Shown here: in pieces, positions 1 to 9,946 of the stretch
Position numbering within the stretch: the stretch's first letter is position 1
Layout: every line of letters starts with the position of its first letter
DNA from: Candidatus Scatovivens sp.
GTDB lineage: Bacteria; Bacillota; Clostridia; TANB77; CAG-508
NCBI GenBank assembly: GCA_045646345.1
Contig: JAZRKN010000015.1
Coordinates: 192,001 to 256,000 of the forward strand
Length of the DNA stretch: 64,000 nt
Reading direction: 5' to 3'
The notes under the pieces: generated by a model
Seen by the model: only the letters and a program-made list of their open reading frames with translations
Told to the model about the DNA's origin: nothing
Database searches by the model: none
Position numbers and translations under genes: made by a program

Positions 1-725
1 TTTATTATTGTAGATAGTAATGTTAAAATTCTTGGCAATTTAATAGTAGTACCATATGACATTAAAATATTTTGAAGATTTGGAATTATAATTAAAATTG
101 CCAAAACAAGCATTGCTAATATTCCGAAAAATGATAACATATTTGGAATTAAAATATTTTTAACTTTTCTTTTAATTTTTTGTTCATCTTCAAGATATGT
201 AATAGCATGTTTTAATGAAGCATCTAAAGATTTTGTAAGCTCACCTGTTTTAATTAAATTAATATAAACAAGTGGAAAAATATCTTTATGTTCTTTCATT
301 GCTTTATATAAATATTTTCCTGAATCTACTGCATTTATAACATCTTTTAAACATTCTTTAAATGTTGAATTTTCTGTTTTATTCATTATTGTTCGTAAAG
401 AATGTTTGCTTGAAAATCCTGACTTTCTTAAAGCATATAAGTCTTCTGTAAAATCTTTTATTTCTTCAATTGAAACCTTGTTAAATAATTCAATATCACT
501 TATTGTTTTTAATAAGAATGATTTTTTCTTTTTTCTAGAATGAATTGTTGCTGTTATTTTTTTGGATTTTTTATTATTCCAAATATTGAAAGAAGGTTCT
601 ATACTTATTGGTGTCATACCATGTTTTTTTAATTTTTTCATACATGATAGCTTATCATTTTCTTTTATTTTTATTTCTGCTATTTGCCCTTGTGGTGTTA
701 ATACTTTACATGAAAAAGTTTGCAT
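1..725 (-). CDS. pilC: Type IV pilus inner-membrane platform protein PilC / T2SS F family (runs off window start)
   Basis: Manually translated from ATG at 725 after GAAAGGAGG: MQTFSCKVLTPQGQ...AMKEHKDIFPLVYINLIKTGELTKSLDASLKHAITYLE...KKVKNILIP, the GspF/PilC signature; last gene of pil cluster. Confidence 0.85.
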   Translation of the reverse strand, partial: MQTFSCKVLTPQGQIAEIKIKENDKLSCMKKLKKHGMTPISIEPSFNIWNNKKSKKITATIHSRKKKKSFLLKTISDIELFNKVSIEEIKDFTEDLYALRKSGFSSKHSLRTIMNKTENSTFKECLKDVINAVDSGKYLYKAMKEHKDIFPLVYINLIKTGELTKSLDASLKHAITYLEDEQKIKRKVKNILIPNMLSFFGILAMLVLAILIIIPNLQNILMSYGTTIKLPRILTLLSTII

Positions 726-758
726 ATAGTTCCTCCTTTCTTAAATTTTATTTTTTAT

Positions 759-1763
759 TTAATAAATATTTACTGGTGCATATTTTGTTTGATTAAAGTT
801 TTTATAATATGCATCTTCATTATCGCCAATTTTTCTCCAAACTCCAGATATACCTTCAAAAGAACATTCTGGAGATATATCTTTTATATCTTCACCTGTT
901 TTATTTAAATATAAAAATTTATTATTACTATATAATAAATCCATCTTTATAGCTTTTTTTCCTGTTCCATATCTAAAATATGAAATGTCATCTTTTATTG
1001 AAAAATTAGGTATCCACACATAGATATAATTATTAACATCTAATACAGAGCCATCATAATTAGCAAATTTTTTTAAAGTGCCATCTGGATTTATAAATAA
1101 ATCTTTTAATGATTCTCCTTCTCTTGAAAATACTATAACTTTAGCCCATTTTTTTGAAGAATAATTATACCATTCAATATCATCAATACTTGTTGTTATA
1201 TACAAATCCTCGTTAGTAGAATATTTGATTGGTATAATTTCATAATCTTCTAATTTAATTCCAAGACTTTTAAAATATTCATCATTTATTATCGGTGGAT
1301 TACATTCTCCTATCGTTTCTCTTTCGATAACTGTAGAAACATCCACTGATTCTACTTTTTTATTTACTGAATATTTTACTGCTATTTTAATATTTTTAAT
1401 TAAATTAAATTGTTCTCCATAATTTTCAATTTGTAGTTCAACAACATAATCGTTTGGTATTTGTGTTCCAAAAAACTTTTCATTAAACTCATTACCATAT
1501 ACTGTTATGTATTGAATATCACCTTCAATTCTTTTGGAAATACCAACAAAAGAAAGTGATTCAATATATTTTTCTATGTCATCAAAATTTCTAATTTTGA
1601 TATTTTCTAATATATTACTAGAAAGAATTGCTGCTTCTGATTTTTTATTTATTCTTTGTGAAGATATTTTTATTTCAAAAGAAATTAAAGTTACACAAAA
1701 AATAATACTTAAAACTACAATTATTGAAAAAATTATTTCTAACGGCATAATTTTTTTCTTCAT
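759..1763 (-). CDS. Pilin-like / pilus-associated protein
   Basis: N-terminal KKK-IMPLE plus hydrophobic helix (degenerate prepilin), C-terminal YVWIP motif, located in pil cluster. Confidence 0.55.
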   Translation of the reverse strand: MKKKIMPLEIIFSIIVVLSIIFCVTLISFEIKISSQRINKKSEAAILSSNILENIKIRNFDDIEKYIESLSFVGISKRIEGDIQYITVYGNEFNEKFFGTQIPNDYVVELQIENYGEQFNLIKNIKIAVKYSVNKKVESVDVSTVIERETIGECNPPIINDEYFKSLGIKLEDYEIIPIKYSTNEDLYITTSIDDIEWYNYSSKKWAKVIVFSREGESLKDLFINPDGTLKKFANYDGSVLDVNNYIYVWIPNFSIKDDISYFRYGTGKKAIKMDLLYSNNKFLYLNKTGEDIKDISPECSFEGISGVWRKIGDNEDAYYKNFNQTKYAPVNIY

Positions 1764-1789
1764 AATTCAATCCTAAATATATACTAAAT

Positions 1790-1826
1790 TAGGCATATAC
1801 ATTATCTATAAAATGCATATGCCTAT
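1790..1826. terminator. Inverted repeat TAGGCATAT...ATATGCCTA after the small pilin-like gene
   Basis: 9-bp stem between 1831..2004 and 759..1763. Confidence 0.45.
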
Positions 1827-1830
1827 TTTT

Positions 1831-2004
1831 TTATTTTTGAGTTGTTTTAGCCTCTTCAACTAAATTGTTAACAAGAGGTTTTACTTCTCTGTCATAAATA
1901 CCATTATCTTGTAATACAACATAAGCAGTTACTCCTAATATCATTACTAATACTACTATTAATATTACAAATCTGTGTATTGCCATTCCTTTTTGAGATC
2001 TCAT
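1831..2004 (-). CDS. 57-aa type IV prepilin-like protein (not in ORF track)
   Basis: AAGGAG RBS, MRSQKG|MAIHRFVILIVVLVMILGVTAYVVLQDNGIYDREVKPLVNNLVEEAKTTQK: class III signal peptide plus hydrophobic helix. Confidence 0.7.
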   Translation of the reverse strand: MRSQKGMAIHRFVILIVVLVMILGVTAYVVLQDNGIYDREVKPLVNNLVEEAKTTQK

Positions 2005-2016
2005 ATTTTTTCTCCT

Positions 2017-2568
2017 TTATTTTGAATTTTCTTTTTCAAAGAAAGTTCCAACAGAGCTTTCAGTTTTATCTTTTGATACTCTATTTGTTATAGTGTTTTG
2101 TACACTACCTGTTACTTTATTTGGGGCTTTTTTTACTTCTTCTTTTTCAACTTTTTTGTTATCTTCAACATCTTCTGTTTTTACAGGATTTCCCGCTTGT
2201 GGATTTGTTGTTGTTCCTGTTTGTGTTGTAGTTGTTACTCTTTTATCAATAGATTCTGATGTCTCAGCAAAAGGATCTTTTTTTCCACTCTCATAATAAT
2301 TATCTTCTGCATAAATTTTCAAATCATCAGCATCTATACTATATGATTGTAATACTGAATTTGAAGTTTGTTTTTTTACATCAACTCCACTATTGTCTTG
2401 TATTTCTGTAAGAACATTATTTACAGTTTCACTTGTTTGGTATTTAACTGAAACAATATCTTTTGTATTTACTGACATAGAATCATAAAATAATATTCCT
2501 AAACAAAACATAATTACTATAAAAAGTAATACTATTATAAAAACTTCTTTAACAATTTTATTATTCAT
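2017..2568 (-). CDS. PilP-like pilus accessory membrane protein
   Basis: N-terminal TM helix, GKKDPF motif typical of PilP, position after PilO-like gene. Confidence 0.5.
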   Translation of the reverse strand: MNNKIVKEVFIIVLLFIVIMFCLGILFYDSMSVNTKDIVSVKYQTSETVNNVLTEIQDNSGVDVKKQTSNSVLQSYSIDADDLKIYAEDNYYESGKKDPFAETSESIDKRVTTTTQTGTTTNPQAGNPVKTEDVEDNKKVEKEEVKKAPNKVTGSVQNTITNRVSKDKTESSVGTFFEKENSK

Positions 2569-2585
2569 TACTTTTACCTCTTTAT

Positions 2586-3227
2586 TTAATATTCAACAAC
2601 AGTATCTTTATATACACTTCCTGATGTTGTTGGAACTGTTGATAATTTTTGGCTGTTGATTGGTATATCTTTTACAGTAAAGGTTGCTTGTAAATTTTCT
2701 CCACCTTTTTCCATCGAAAAGTTTCTTATTTCAAAATTTAATTTGTCATCATTTTCTACACTATAAACAAAATCTGTTATAGCTATATAATCACCTGTTA
2801 TTGTAAAATTCAAATCACAATACACATATTCTGGTGATATAGATGCTTTTATTGCACTTTTTGAAATATCAAATTGAAGAGTAACTCCTTTTTGTGTAGC
2901 ATAATTTCCTATTGTTGCCCATAAGAAATCTACATCATACATTTCCATTGAAGTTACTGTCTCTTCTGTTATTTTTCCTTCTTGCACTAATGTATCATAT
3001 TGTGCTTTTTTATTTTTATATTCTTGAACTGCAGAACTTAGTGCTGTTTGTTTGGCAAAAAATTCTGTTGAGTTTTTTGTACTAAGTTCAGTTAAAACTT
3101 GTCTTTTTTCAGCTAAGGAAGCATTAACTTCTTTGTAACTTGGAATAAATGTAAATCCAAAACTCATTACTAAAAAACATAAAATACAAGATATTATTAG
3201 CACAAGGATTAATAAATATTTTCTCAT
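2586..3227 (-). CDS. pilO: PilO-like type IV pilus assembly protein
   Basis: TM helix, coiled coil, then LNFTITGDYIAITDFVYSVEN (PilO/GspM ferredoxin-like signature). Confidence 0.7.
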   Translation of the reverse strand: MRKYLLILVLIISCILCFLVMSFGFTFIPSYKEVNASLAEKRQVLTELSTKNSTEFFAKQTALSSAVQEYKNKKAQYDTLVQEGKITEETVTSMEMYDVDFLWATIGNYATQKGVTLQFDISKSAIKASISPEYVYCDLNFTITGDYIAITDFVYSVENDDKLNFEIRNFSMEKGGENLQATFTVKDIPINSQKLSTVPTTSGSVYKDTVVEY

Positions 3228-4834
3228 TATTTTAAATCTCCTTCTATAGTAATTTGAACAAGCGAATCACTTTTTGTTCCAGGTGTAGATTTAATATTTG
3301 CAAACATTCCATCTGCTTCTATAGCAGCAAAGAAATATGCTAATTGTTCATATCTTTCTGATACCGCTTCTATAACTATATGGTTATTTTCTGTATTTTC
3401 TATAGAAATTAGTTGTACCTTTTGAGGTATTATAAACATTATTTTGTTTAACATATTTGGAACTGCATTTTTTGAAATTACTCTTGTATTTTTTGAAGTT
3501 GATTCTCCAGTTGATTCTGCACTACTAATTAAACTTGCATATGCATTTGTATAGCTTTGAATTTGTGAAAGTTCATTTTCTATTTTTGCAATTTCTGAAG
3601 TAGTTTCTTGTAATTTTTCTTTTGCAATTTCAGTTTGTTTTATATTCTTTAAGTATAATCCTCCACCAATACAAGAAAATCCTATAATAGCAATCAATGC
3701 TGCTGCCACTCCTCTTGCTATCATTTTTTCTTGAATATTAAGTGGTTCTTTAAATAATTCTCTCCAATTTTTAATATCAAAATTTTCTTTTGAATTTAAA
3801 ATTGTTTCAATTTCAATATTGTCGAATTTTGATGTTGGAGCAAAGTTTAAATCTTTATTTATATAACCTAATCCATCAAGTGCTAATGCTATAGCAGAGT
3901 TAACTTCAATATACTCTTTTGTTGGTATTTTTAATGAATTTGGTTCTATAAAAAATGGTTTTAATATTTCACAATTTATATTTTTCAAATAATCTTGTAA
4001 ATATAAATCTATATTGCTTATTGTTGCTCCCATTCCAGTTATATAAATTTTGTTTATTTTTTCTTTATAGCTACTAAATACTTTTTTCATCTCACTAGCT
4101 ATTTTATTTAATACTGGCATTACAATATCTATATATTCATTTTCGTTTTCATCTAAACTTTTTGCTTCATTATCATATATTGTTATGTTTTTGCAAACTT
4201 CATATGCTTTTTTCCAAGACATTTCAAGTTTATTTACTTTTTCAACAACAGTTTCTAAACCTGCATTTAAAACATCAACTCTTGTGATTTGTCCATCAAT
4301 TATCGTTGTTATTTTTGTCTCATTTTCTATATTAACGATTGCAATATTTTCATTTTCATTTGATTCAACTAAATTTGTTATACTTGTTGAAACAGGTGTC
4401 ATTGTAAATAATCTATAATCTGATAAAATATCTATTTTTTGATCTACTTCATTTTTATTTGCTGATATATATAAAGCTTTATACTTCTCATAATTTTCTT
4501 TATTATCCATCAAAATATATCTAGATTCTAAATACTTTTTATCATAACCTTTTTCTGAGCATAACATTTCAAATTCTATATCTAATGATTTTGTTATATC
4601 TTTTTTCTCTAGAATAGAAAATACATCAAAATAATTATATAATTCATTTGAAATATTGATACTAATAGGAACTTTATAACTATTTGTTTCATTAATTACT
4701 TTTACTAAAGCTTTTTCTAAATCTTCAAAAACTTCAACGTTAAATGCTTCAACTTTAAAAGTATCTCTTACTTTTTTTAATTTTGCATATTTTATTAAGT
4801 TCTTATCTACATAAATTCCTAAACAACTTGACAT
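3227..4834 (-). CDS. pilM: PilM-PilN fusion protein
   Basis: Actin-like PilM motifs (CLGIYVD, IYITGMGATISNIDLYL, AIALAL), then LNFAP, TM helix and PilN-like IPQKVQLISI domain. Confidence 0.8.
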   Translation of the reverse strand: MSSCLGIYVDKNLIKYAKLKKVRDTFKVEAFNVEVFEDLEKALVKVINETNSYKVPISINISNELYNYFDVFSILEKKDITKSLDIEFEMLCSEKGYDKKYLESRYILMDNKENYEKYKALYISANKNEVDQKIDILSDYRLFTMTPVSTSITNLVESNENENIAIVNIENETKITTIIDGQITRVDVLNAGLETVVEKVNKLEMSWKKAYEVCKNITIYDNEAKSLDENENEYIDIVMPVLNKIASEMKKVFSSYKEKINKIYITGMGATISNIDLYLQDYLKNINCEILKPFFIEPNSLKIPTKEYIEVNSAIALALDGLGYINKDLNFAPTSKFDNIEIETILNSKENFDIKNWRELFKEPLNIQEKMIARGVAAALIAIIGFSCIGGGLYLKNIKQTEIAKEKLQETTSEIAKIENELSQIQSYTNAYASLISSAESTGESTSKNTRVISKNAVPNMLNKIMFIIPQKVQLISIENTENNHIVIEAVSERYEQLAYFFAAIEADGMFANIKSTPGTKSDSLVQITIEGDLK

Positions 4835-5140
4835 TCTTTTCTCCTTTGTTATATTAACACTTATTTTGCTTTAATATAAAAAATATATGCAATCTATAAA
4901 GATTCATTTTATGTGTTATTAAACAAAATAAGGCAAATGAAATCTATTTGCCTTATCACCAAAATTTACTGTACTTTTATATAAAAATCATAACCTTTTT
5001 TGCTTCAAAATTTTTATCTTTTAAAGTTCAATTTTATTAAGGTAAAAAAACACATATTCCTATGTTATTTATACCTTTTTTTACAAAAAAAGTCAATATT
5101 TTTAGGGCATTTATTGGGTAAAAGTAACGTAAATGTAATA

Positions 5141-7087
5141 TTAAATTTTTTCTTTTAATTCGCCTTCTCTATAAGCTGATAATAGTAGTCTTAAATCCTC
5201 TACTTCTTCTTTTAATTTTGCACCAATATCGGTGTCTGCAACTCTCTTTCTTGTTTGAATATTTTCTTTCAAAATTGTTTGTGTTTTTATATCTAATCCT
5301 TCTAAAATTGCTTTGCATTTTGATTCAAATGGTTCGTTCATTGCAAGAACCAATCCATGAGAATTATATGTTAATGTATAACCTGCAATACCAGTTGTTG
5401 GTTGATATGCTTTTGCAAATCCACCATCTATTACTATTAATTTTCCGTTTGCCTTTACAGGACTTTCACCATCTTTGGCTTTTACTGGCATATGACCATT
5501 TATAATATGGCTTTCTTCTCCTTCTAGTCCAAAGTTTTCTAATATTTTATCACAAGTTTTTTCTTCGTTAATTAATGTATAATATGGATTTTTTGGTTCT
5601 TTATGAAGTTCTTTTTCTTCAACAAAATATCTTTCAAATGTTGCTGCTTTTTCTTTTCCAAATAATGGAGATTTTGGTCCAGCCCAAAAATACCACATTA
5701 GATCAATTGCTTCTTGAGTTTCTTCACTTTCTTCTCCAAAGTATGCTTTATGAGCAACATTTTCAATATAATCTAATAATTCTTTTCCTTTTAGAGATTT
5801 ACCCATAATTTCAACACTTTCAAAATCTCCGTTTGCTTTCATTGGAACACAACCATGGAATAAAAGATTAGAATTAAATTTTTGATACATATGACCTTTT
5901 GCATATAAGAAATTAACATGTTTATTTAATTTTTCACTATGCATAAAAGACATTTTTAATCTTTCAATAATTTCTTCTTCCTCTTTTGTTAATTTATATG
6001 GATTTTTCTTATCAACTGTTGGAAAATTAGTATCTGTTAATTTATATTCAACTCCTGCTATCGTAACAACACCTTTTTCTAAATCCATCTTATCTAATAA
6101 AAGTCTGTCTTTCATTTTATATTCAGGATGTTTTTTTATTAATTGTCCTTCAATTTTAAATTGAATAATAGCCATAGCTTTTTGAATCTTTGATAGAACA
6201 ATTTTATCTGTGTTACTGTATTTTGAAACTTCTTTATTTCTTGGTAAAAATGGTTTACAACTATCTCCTTTATATGTCTCTGTAGCAAATATAGAAAGCG
6301 GTCTAATATTTATTCCATATCCTTCTTCTAATGTTGCTAAATTATCATATCTACTACAAATTCTTACAACGTTTGCGATACAAGCTTCATTTCCACTTGC
6401 AGCTCCCATCCAAAGAATATCATGATTTCCCCATTCTATATCTAAACTGTGGAAATTCATTAATTTATCAATAATTATTGGTGCTCCTGGACCTCTGTCA
6501 TAAATATCACCAACAATATGAAGATGATCTATTGCCATTCTTTTAATTAATTCAGAAATTGCAACTATAAAATTATCTGCTCTATTTAAATCTATAATAC
6601 TGTCTATAATTTGACTATAATATAATTCTTTATTACTATCATCCCCTTGAAGATGTAAAAGTTCATCAATTATATAATCAAATCCTTGTGGCATTGCTTT
6701 TCTAACTTTAGAACGAGTATATTTAGAACTAACAGCTTTAGTAACTTCTATCAGTCTATATAAAGTTATTTTGTACCATTCTTCTATGTTTGTTTTTGTT
6801 TTCTTAACTATATTCAATTTTTCTTCAGGATAATAAATTAAAGTTGCTAAATCTTTTCTATCTTCTTCTGTTAAAGATTTTTCATATATACTTTCTATTT
6901 TACTTTTTATAATTCCTGAACCATTATTTAAAAGATGAATAAATGCTTCATATTCTCCATGAATATCACTTAAAAATAATTCTGTTCCTTTTGGTAAATT
7001 CAAAATCGCTTGAAGATTTATTATTTCTTCACTAACTTCTTGAATATTTTTATAAGTTTTACTTAATTGATTTAAATACTTATCCAT
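5141..7087 (-). CDS. fbp: Fructose-1,6-bisphosphatase class 3
   Basis: LNLPKGTELFLSDIHGE, GDIYDRGP, WGNHD, INGHMPVK, IDGGFAKAYQ motifs. Confidence 0.97.
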   Translation of the reverse strand: MDKYLNQLSKTYKNIQEVSEEIINLQAILNLPKGTELFLSDIHGEYEAFIHLLNNGSGIIKSKIESIYEKSLTEEDRKDLATLIYYPEEKLNIVKKTKTNIEEWYKITLYRLIEVTKAVSSKYTRSKVRKAMPQGFDYIIDELLHLQGDDSNKELYYSQIIDSIIDLNRADNFIVAISELIKRMAIDHLHIVGDIYDRGPGAPIIIDKLMNFHSLDIEWGNHDILWMGAASGNEACIANVVRICSRYDNLATLEEGYGINIRPLSIFATETYKGDSCKPFLPRNKEVSKYSNTDKIVLSKIQKAMAIIQFKIEGQLIKKHPEYKMKDRLLLDKMDLEKGVVTIAGVEYKLTDTNFPTVDKKNPYKLTKEEEEIIERLKMSFMHSEKLNKHVNFLYAKGHMYQKFNSNLLFHGCVPMKANGDFESVEIMGKSLKGKELLDYIENVAHKAYFGEESEETQEAIDLMWYFWAGPKSPLFGKEKAATFERYFVEEKELHKEPKNPYYTLINEEKTCDKILENFGLEGEESHIINGHMPVKAKDGESPVKANGKLIVIDGGFAKAYQPTTGIAGYTLTYNSHGLVLAMNEPFESKCKAILEGLDIKTQTILKENIQTRKRVADTDIGAKLKEEVEDLRLLLSAYREGELKEKI

Positions 7088-7170
7088 TTCTTATCAAAAA
7101 CTCCTAACTAAAAACACTTTTTTCACTTTATCTACGATAGAAATTTTACTAATCATTTGTGATTTTTTTA

Positions 7171-7201
7171 TGAATAACTAATGTATTTTTAGGAAAATAT
7201 A
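7171..7201 (+). promoter_or_regulatory. Forespore sigma (SigF/SigG-type) promoter of spoVA operon
   Basis: TGAATA-N15-GGAAAATATA upstream of spoVAC. Confidence 0.55.
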
Positions 7202-7235
7202 ATAATTGAAAATTTAAAAATTTTATAAAAAGGAG

Positions 7236-7709
7236 TTGATTATTATAAAACCTATTCAAAGTAAAGAAGAATATCAAATTTATGTTGATAAAAAGACACC
7301 AAATTCCCCTACTTTAAAAAATTGTTTTAATGCATTTTTAGTTGGTGGAATAATTTGTAGCATTGGCCAAATTATTTTTGAAATTTGTAAAACACGTGGT
7401 ATTGATGAAACAACGTCATACACAATCGTTTCCATTCTGCTTGTATTTACAAGTGCATTTTTAACTAGTCTTAACATCTTCAATAAGATTGGAAAATTTG
7501 CAGGTGCTGGTTCATTAATCCCAATTACAGGTTTCGCAAATTCAATTGTTTCACCTGCAATGGAATATAAATCAGAAGGATATATTATGGGTGTTGGAGC
7601 CAAAATGTTTACCGTTGCTGGCCCAGTTTTAGTATATGGAATTTCAACTAGTATTATTGTAGGAATTCTTTATATTATTTTTAATACACAAGGTTTAATA
7701 TTAGTTTAA
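7236..7709 (+). CDS. spoVAC: Stage V sporulation protein AC (start codon uncertain)
   Basis: AFLVGGIICSIGQ, GAGSLIPITGFANSIVSPAMEYKSEG, AGPVLVYG. Confidence 0.95.
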   Translation: MIIIKPIQSKEEYQIYVDKKTPNSPTLKNCFNAFLVGGIICSIGQIIFEICKTRGIDETTSYTIVSILLVFTSAFLTSLNIFNKIGKFAGAGSLIPITGFANSIVSPAMEYKSEGYIMGVGAKMFTVAGPVLVYGISTSIIVGILYIIFNTQGLILV

Positions 7710-7724
7710 AATAAAGGAGATTTT

Positions 7725-8735
7725 ATGAAAAAAGTTGGTAATCAAAGTTATATTTTAGAAAGTCCAGTAAACATTGCAACTACTGCAAGTATTGTTGGAC
7801 CTAAAGAAAGATCTGGTCCACTTCATATGTTTTTTGATCAATGTTTAGAAGATGAATTCTGGGGTGAAAAATCTTGGGAATCTGCTGAAAGTAAAATTGT
7901 AAAAGAAACTGTTAATATGGCAATTTCAAAATCAGGAATTGCAGCAAGAGATTTCGATTTTTGTTTTGCAGGAGATCTTTTAAATCAATGCATCGCATCT
8001 TCATTTGGATTAAGAGAAACCAATATTCCGTTTATAGGATTATTTGGTGCATGCTCTACTTTTGTTGAATCTATGATAGTAGCTTCTTCATTTATTGATG
8101 GAGGCTTTGCAACAAATTGTATTTGTGCAGCTTCAAGTCATTTTTGTAGTGCTGAAAAACAGTTTAGGTTTCCTTTAGAACTTGGAAATCAAAGACCACC
8201 ATCTAGTCAATGGACTGTTACTGGTTCTGGATGTTCTATTCTTACCAAACAAGGAACTGGTCCATTTATAACAAGTTTTACCCCAGGCAAAATTGTTGAT
8301 ATGGGAATTAAAGATGCAAACAATATGGGAGCTGCCATGGCTGGTGCTGCCGAAGACACTTTAATTCGTCATTTCAAAGATACTGGCAGAAATCCAAGTT
8401 ATTATGATGCTATTTTTACTGGAGATTTAGGTCATATTGGAAAAGATATATTAATAGATTTAGCAAGTTCAAAAGGTTATAATATTCGTTCAAATTATAA
8501 TGATTGTGGAGTATTAATCTTTGACAAAGACAATCAAGATACACACTCTGGTGGTTCTGGTTGTGGTTGCATTGCTACTGTTTTTTCTGGCTATATTTAT
8601 AAAATGCTTCAAGAACAAAAATTTAAAAAAGTTTTATTAATTGCAACAGGAGCATTAATGAATTCCACAAGTAGTCAACAAGGTGAGTCTATTCCAGGAA
8701 TAGCACATGCTGTTAGTATTGAATTGAAAGGATAA
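7725..8735 (+). CDS. spoVAD: Stage V sporulation protein AD
   Basis: AGDLLNQC, FGACST, AEKQFRFPLE, GGSGCGC, IPGIAHAV. Confidence 0.97.
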   Translation: MKKVGNQSYILESPVNIATTASIVGPKERSGPLHMFFDQCLEDEFWGEKSWESAESKIVKETVNMAISKSGIAARDFDFCFAGDLLNQCIASSFGLRETNIPFIGLFGACSTFVESMIVASSFIDGGFATNCICAASSHFCSAEKQFRFPLELGNQRPPSSQWTVTGSGCSILTKQGTGPFITSFTPGKIVDMGIKDANNMGAAMAGAAEDTLIRHFKDTGRNPSYYDAIFTGDLGHIGKDILIDLASSKGYNIRSNYNDCGVLIFDKDNQDTHSGGSGCGCIATVFSGYIYKMLQEQKFKKVLLIATGALMNSTSSQQGESIPGIAHAVSIELKG

Positions 8736-8740
8736 AATTT

Positions 8741-9109
8741 ATGGATTGGTATATGATTTTAAAAGCATTTTTGGTTGGAGGTTCTCTTTGTATAATTGCA
8801 CAAATTTTAATTGATAAAACAAAATTAACTCCAGCAAGAATCTTAGTTGGATATGTTACAATTGGTGCCATTTTAGGTGGACTTGGATGGTATAAACATT
8901 TAGTAGATTTTGCTGGTTGTGGAGCTACTGTTCCCCTTACTGGTTTTGGAAATTTACTTTCAAAAGGTGCAATTTCTGAAGTTCAATCTAGCGGTCTTCT
9001 AGGAGCTTTTACTGGTGGTATTAAAGCTGCTAGCGGTGGTATTGCTGCAGCTATCTTTTTTGGTTATATCGCCGCTTTAATTTCAAAACCAAAAATAAAA
9101 AAACAATAA
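8741..9109 (+). CDS. spoVAE: Stage V sporulation protein AE(b)
   Basis: AFLVGG...LIDKTKLTPARILV, GATVPLTGFG. Confidence 0.95.
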   Translation: MDWYMILKAFLVGGSLCIIAQILIDKTKLTPARILVGYVTIGAILGGLGWYKHLVDFAGCGATVPLTGFGNLLSKGAISEVQSSGLLGAFTGGIKAASGGIAAAIFFGYIAALISKPKIKKQ

Positions 9110-9171
9110 TAAAAAATTTTTTTAGTGTTTTCTTACTCTTTCTAAGAACAAAAAATGTTCGTAAAAAATAC

Positions 9172-9255
9172 CGAACATTTTTTCGAAAAAAGTATTGACA
9201 TTTTATAAATCAATATGTAAAATAAAACAAACAAACATTCGCGAACAAATATTTT
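9172..9255 (+). promoter_or_regulatory. SigA promoter flanked by imperfect LexA (Cheo) boxes
   Basis: TTGACA(9195)-N17-TAAAAT; CGAAC-ATTT-TTTCG (9172), CAAAC-AAAC-ATTCG (9228), CGAAC-AAAT-ATTTT (9242). Confidence 0.6.
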
Positions 9256-9271
9256 GTAGGAGGAAACAAAA

Positions 9272-9844
9272 ATGAATATTTTTAAAAGAGTAAACTTCAC
9301 TAATACTAAAGAAAAAGCCAATTTAAATAATAACTTTATACTAGGAAAAGATGAAACACTTTTACCAAAATTTACAAGAATTTTTGGAACAAAATATTCT
9401 GTTAATATTTACTATTTAAGAACAGAAAAACCTGAATTAAATTTAACAGAAAATTGTATAAATATTCATTTGCCTATGAACTATAGAAAAAGAAATAATC
9501 AAGATTTATTAGATGTAATTTTATTAAAAATGTATACAAAAATTGCAGAAAATGAGATTGAAAATATAATGGAAAAAGCAAGACATTCTTTTGGTTTTGC
9601 ACCTGAGGATTATGAAATCAAAAAAATGGCCTCTACACTTGCTTCATGCGATAAAGATACACAAAACATTTTAATAAATCCATATTTAGTAATGTACTCA
9701 AAAGAAATCGTTGAATATGTTGTTTTTCATCAATTTTGTCATTTAAAATACAAAACTCATTCTAAAAAATTTTATGACATGTTAAAAAAATATGTTCCTA
9801 ATTATGAAACTTTAGCAAGACAATTACCTAATCTAAAATATTAA
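9272..9844 (+). CDS. YgjP/DUF45 (M48-like) metallopeptidase-fold protein, HQxxH variant
   Basis: INPYLV...IVEYVVFHQFCHLKYKTHSKKFYDMLKKYVPNY matches the DUF45 C-terminus. Confidence 0.8.
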   Translation: MNIFKRVNFTNTKEKANLNNNFILGKDETLLPKFTRIFGTKYSVNIYYLRTEKPELNLTENCINIHLPMNYRKRNNQDLLDVILLKMYTKIAENEIENIMEKARHSFGFAPEDYEIKKMASTLASCDKDTQNILINPYLVMYSKEIVEYVVFHQFCHLKYKTHSKKFYDMLKKYVPNYETLARQLPNLKY

Positions 9845-9946
9845 TATATCTTTTCATTCGTAGCCTATAAGACTAGATATATGTACAAAATCTTTTATTT
9901 ATGGTATAATAGAATTCGGAAAAAATTTGGCGGAGGTCATTTAGAG

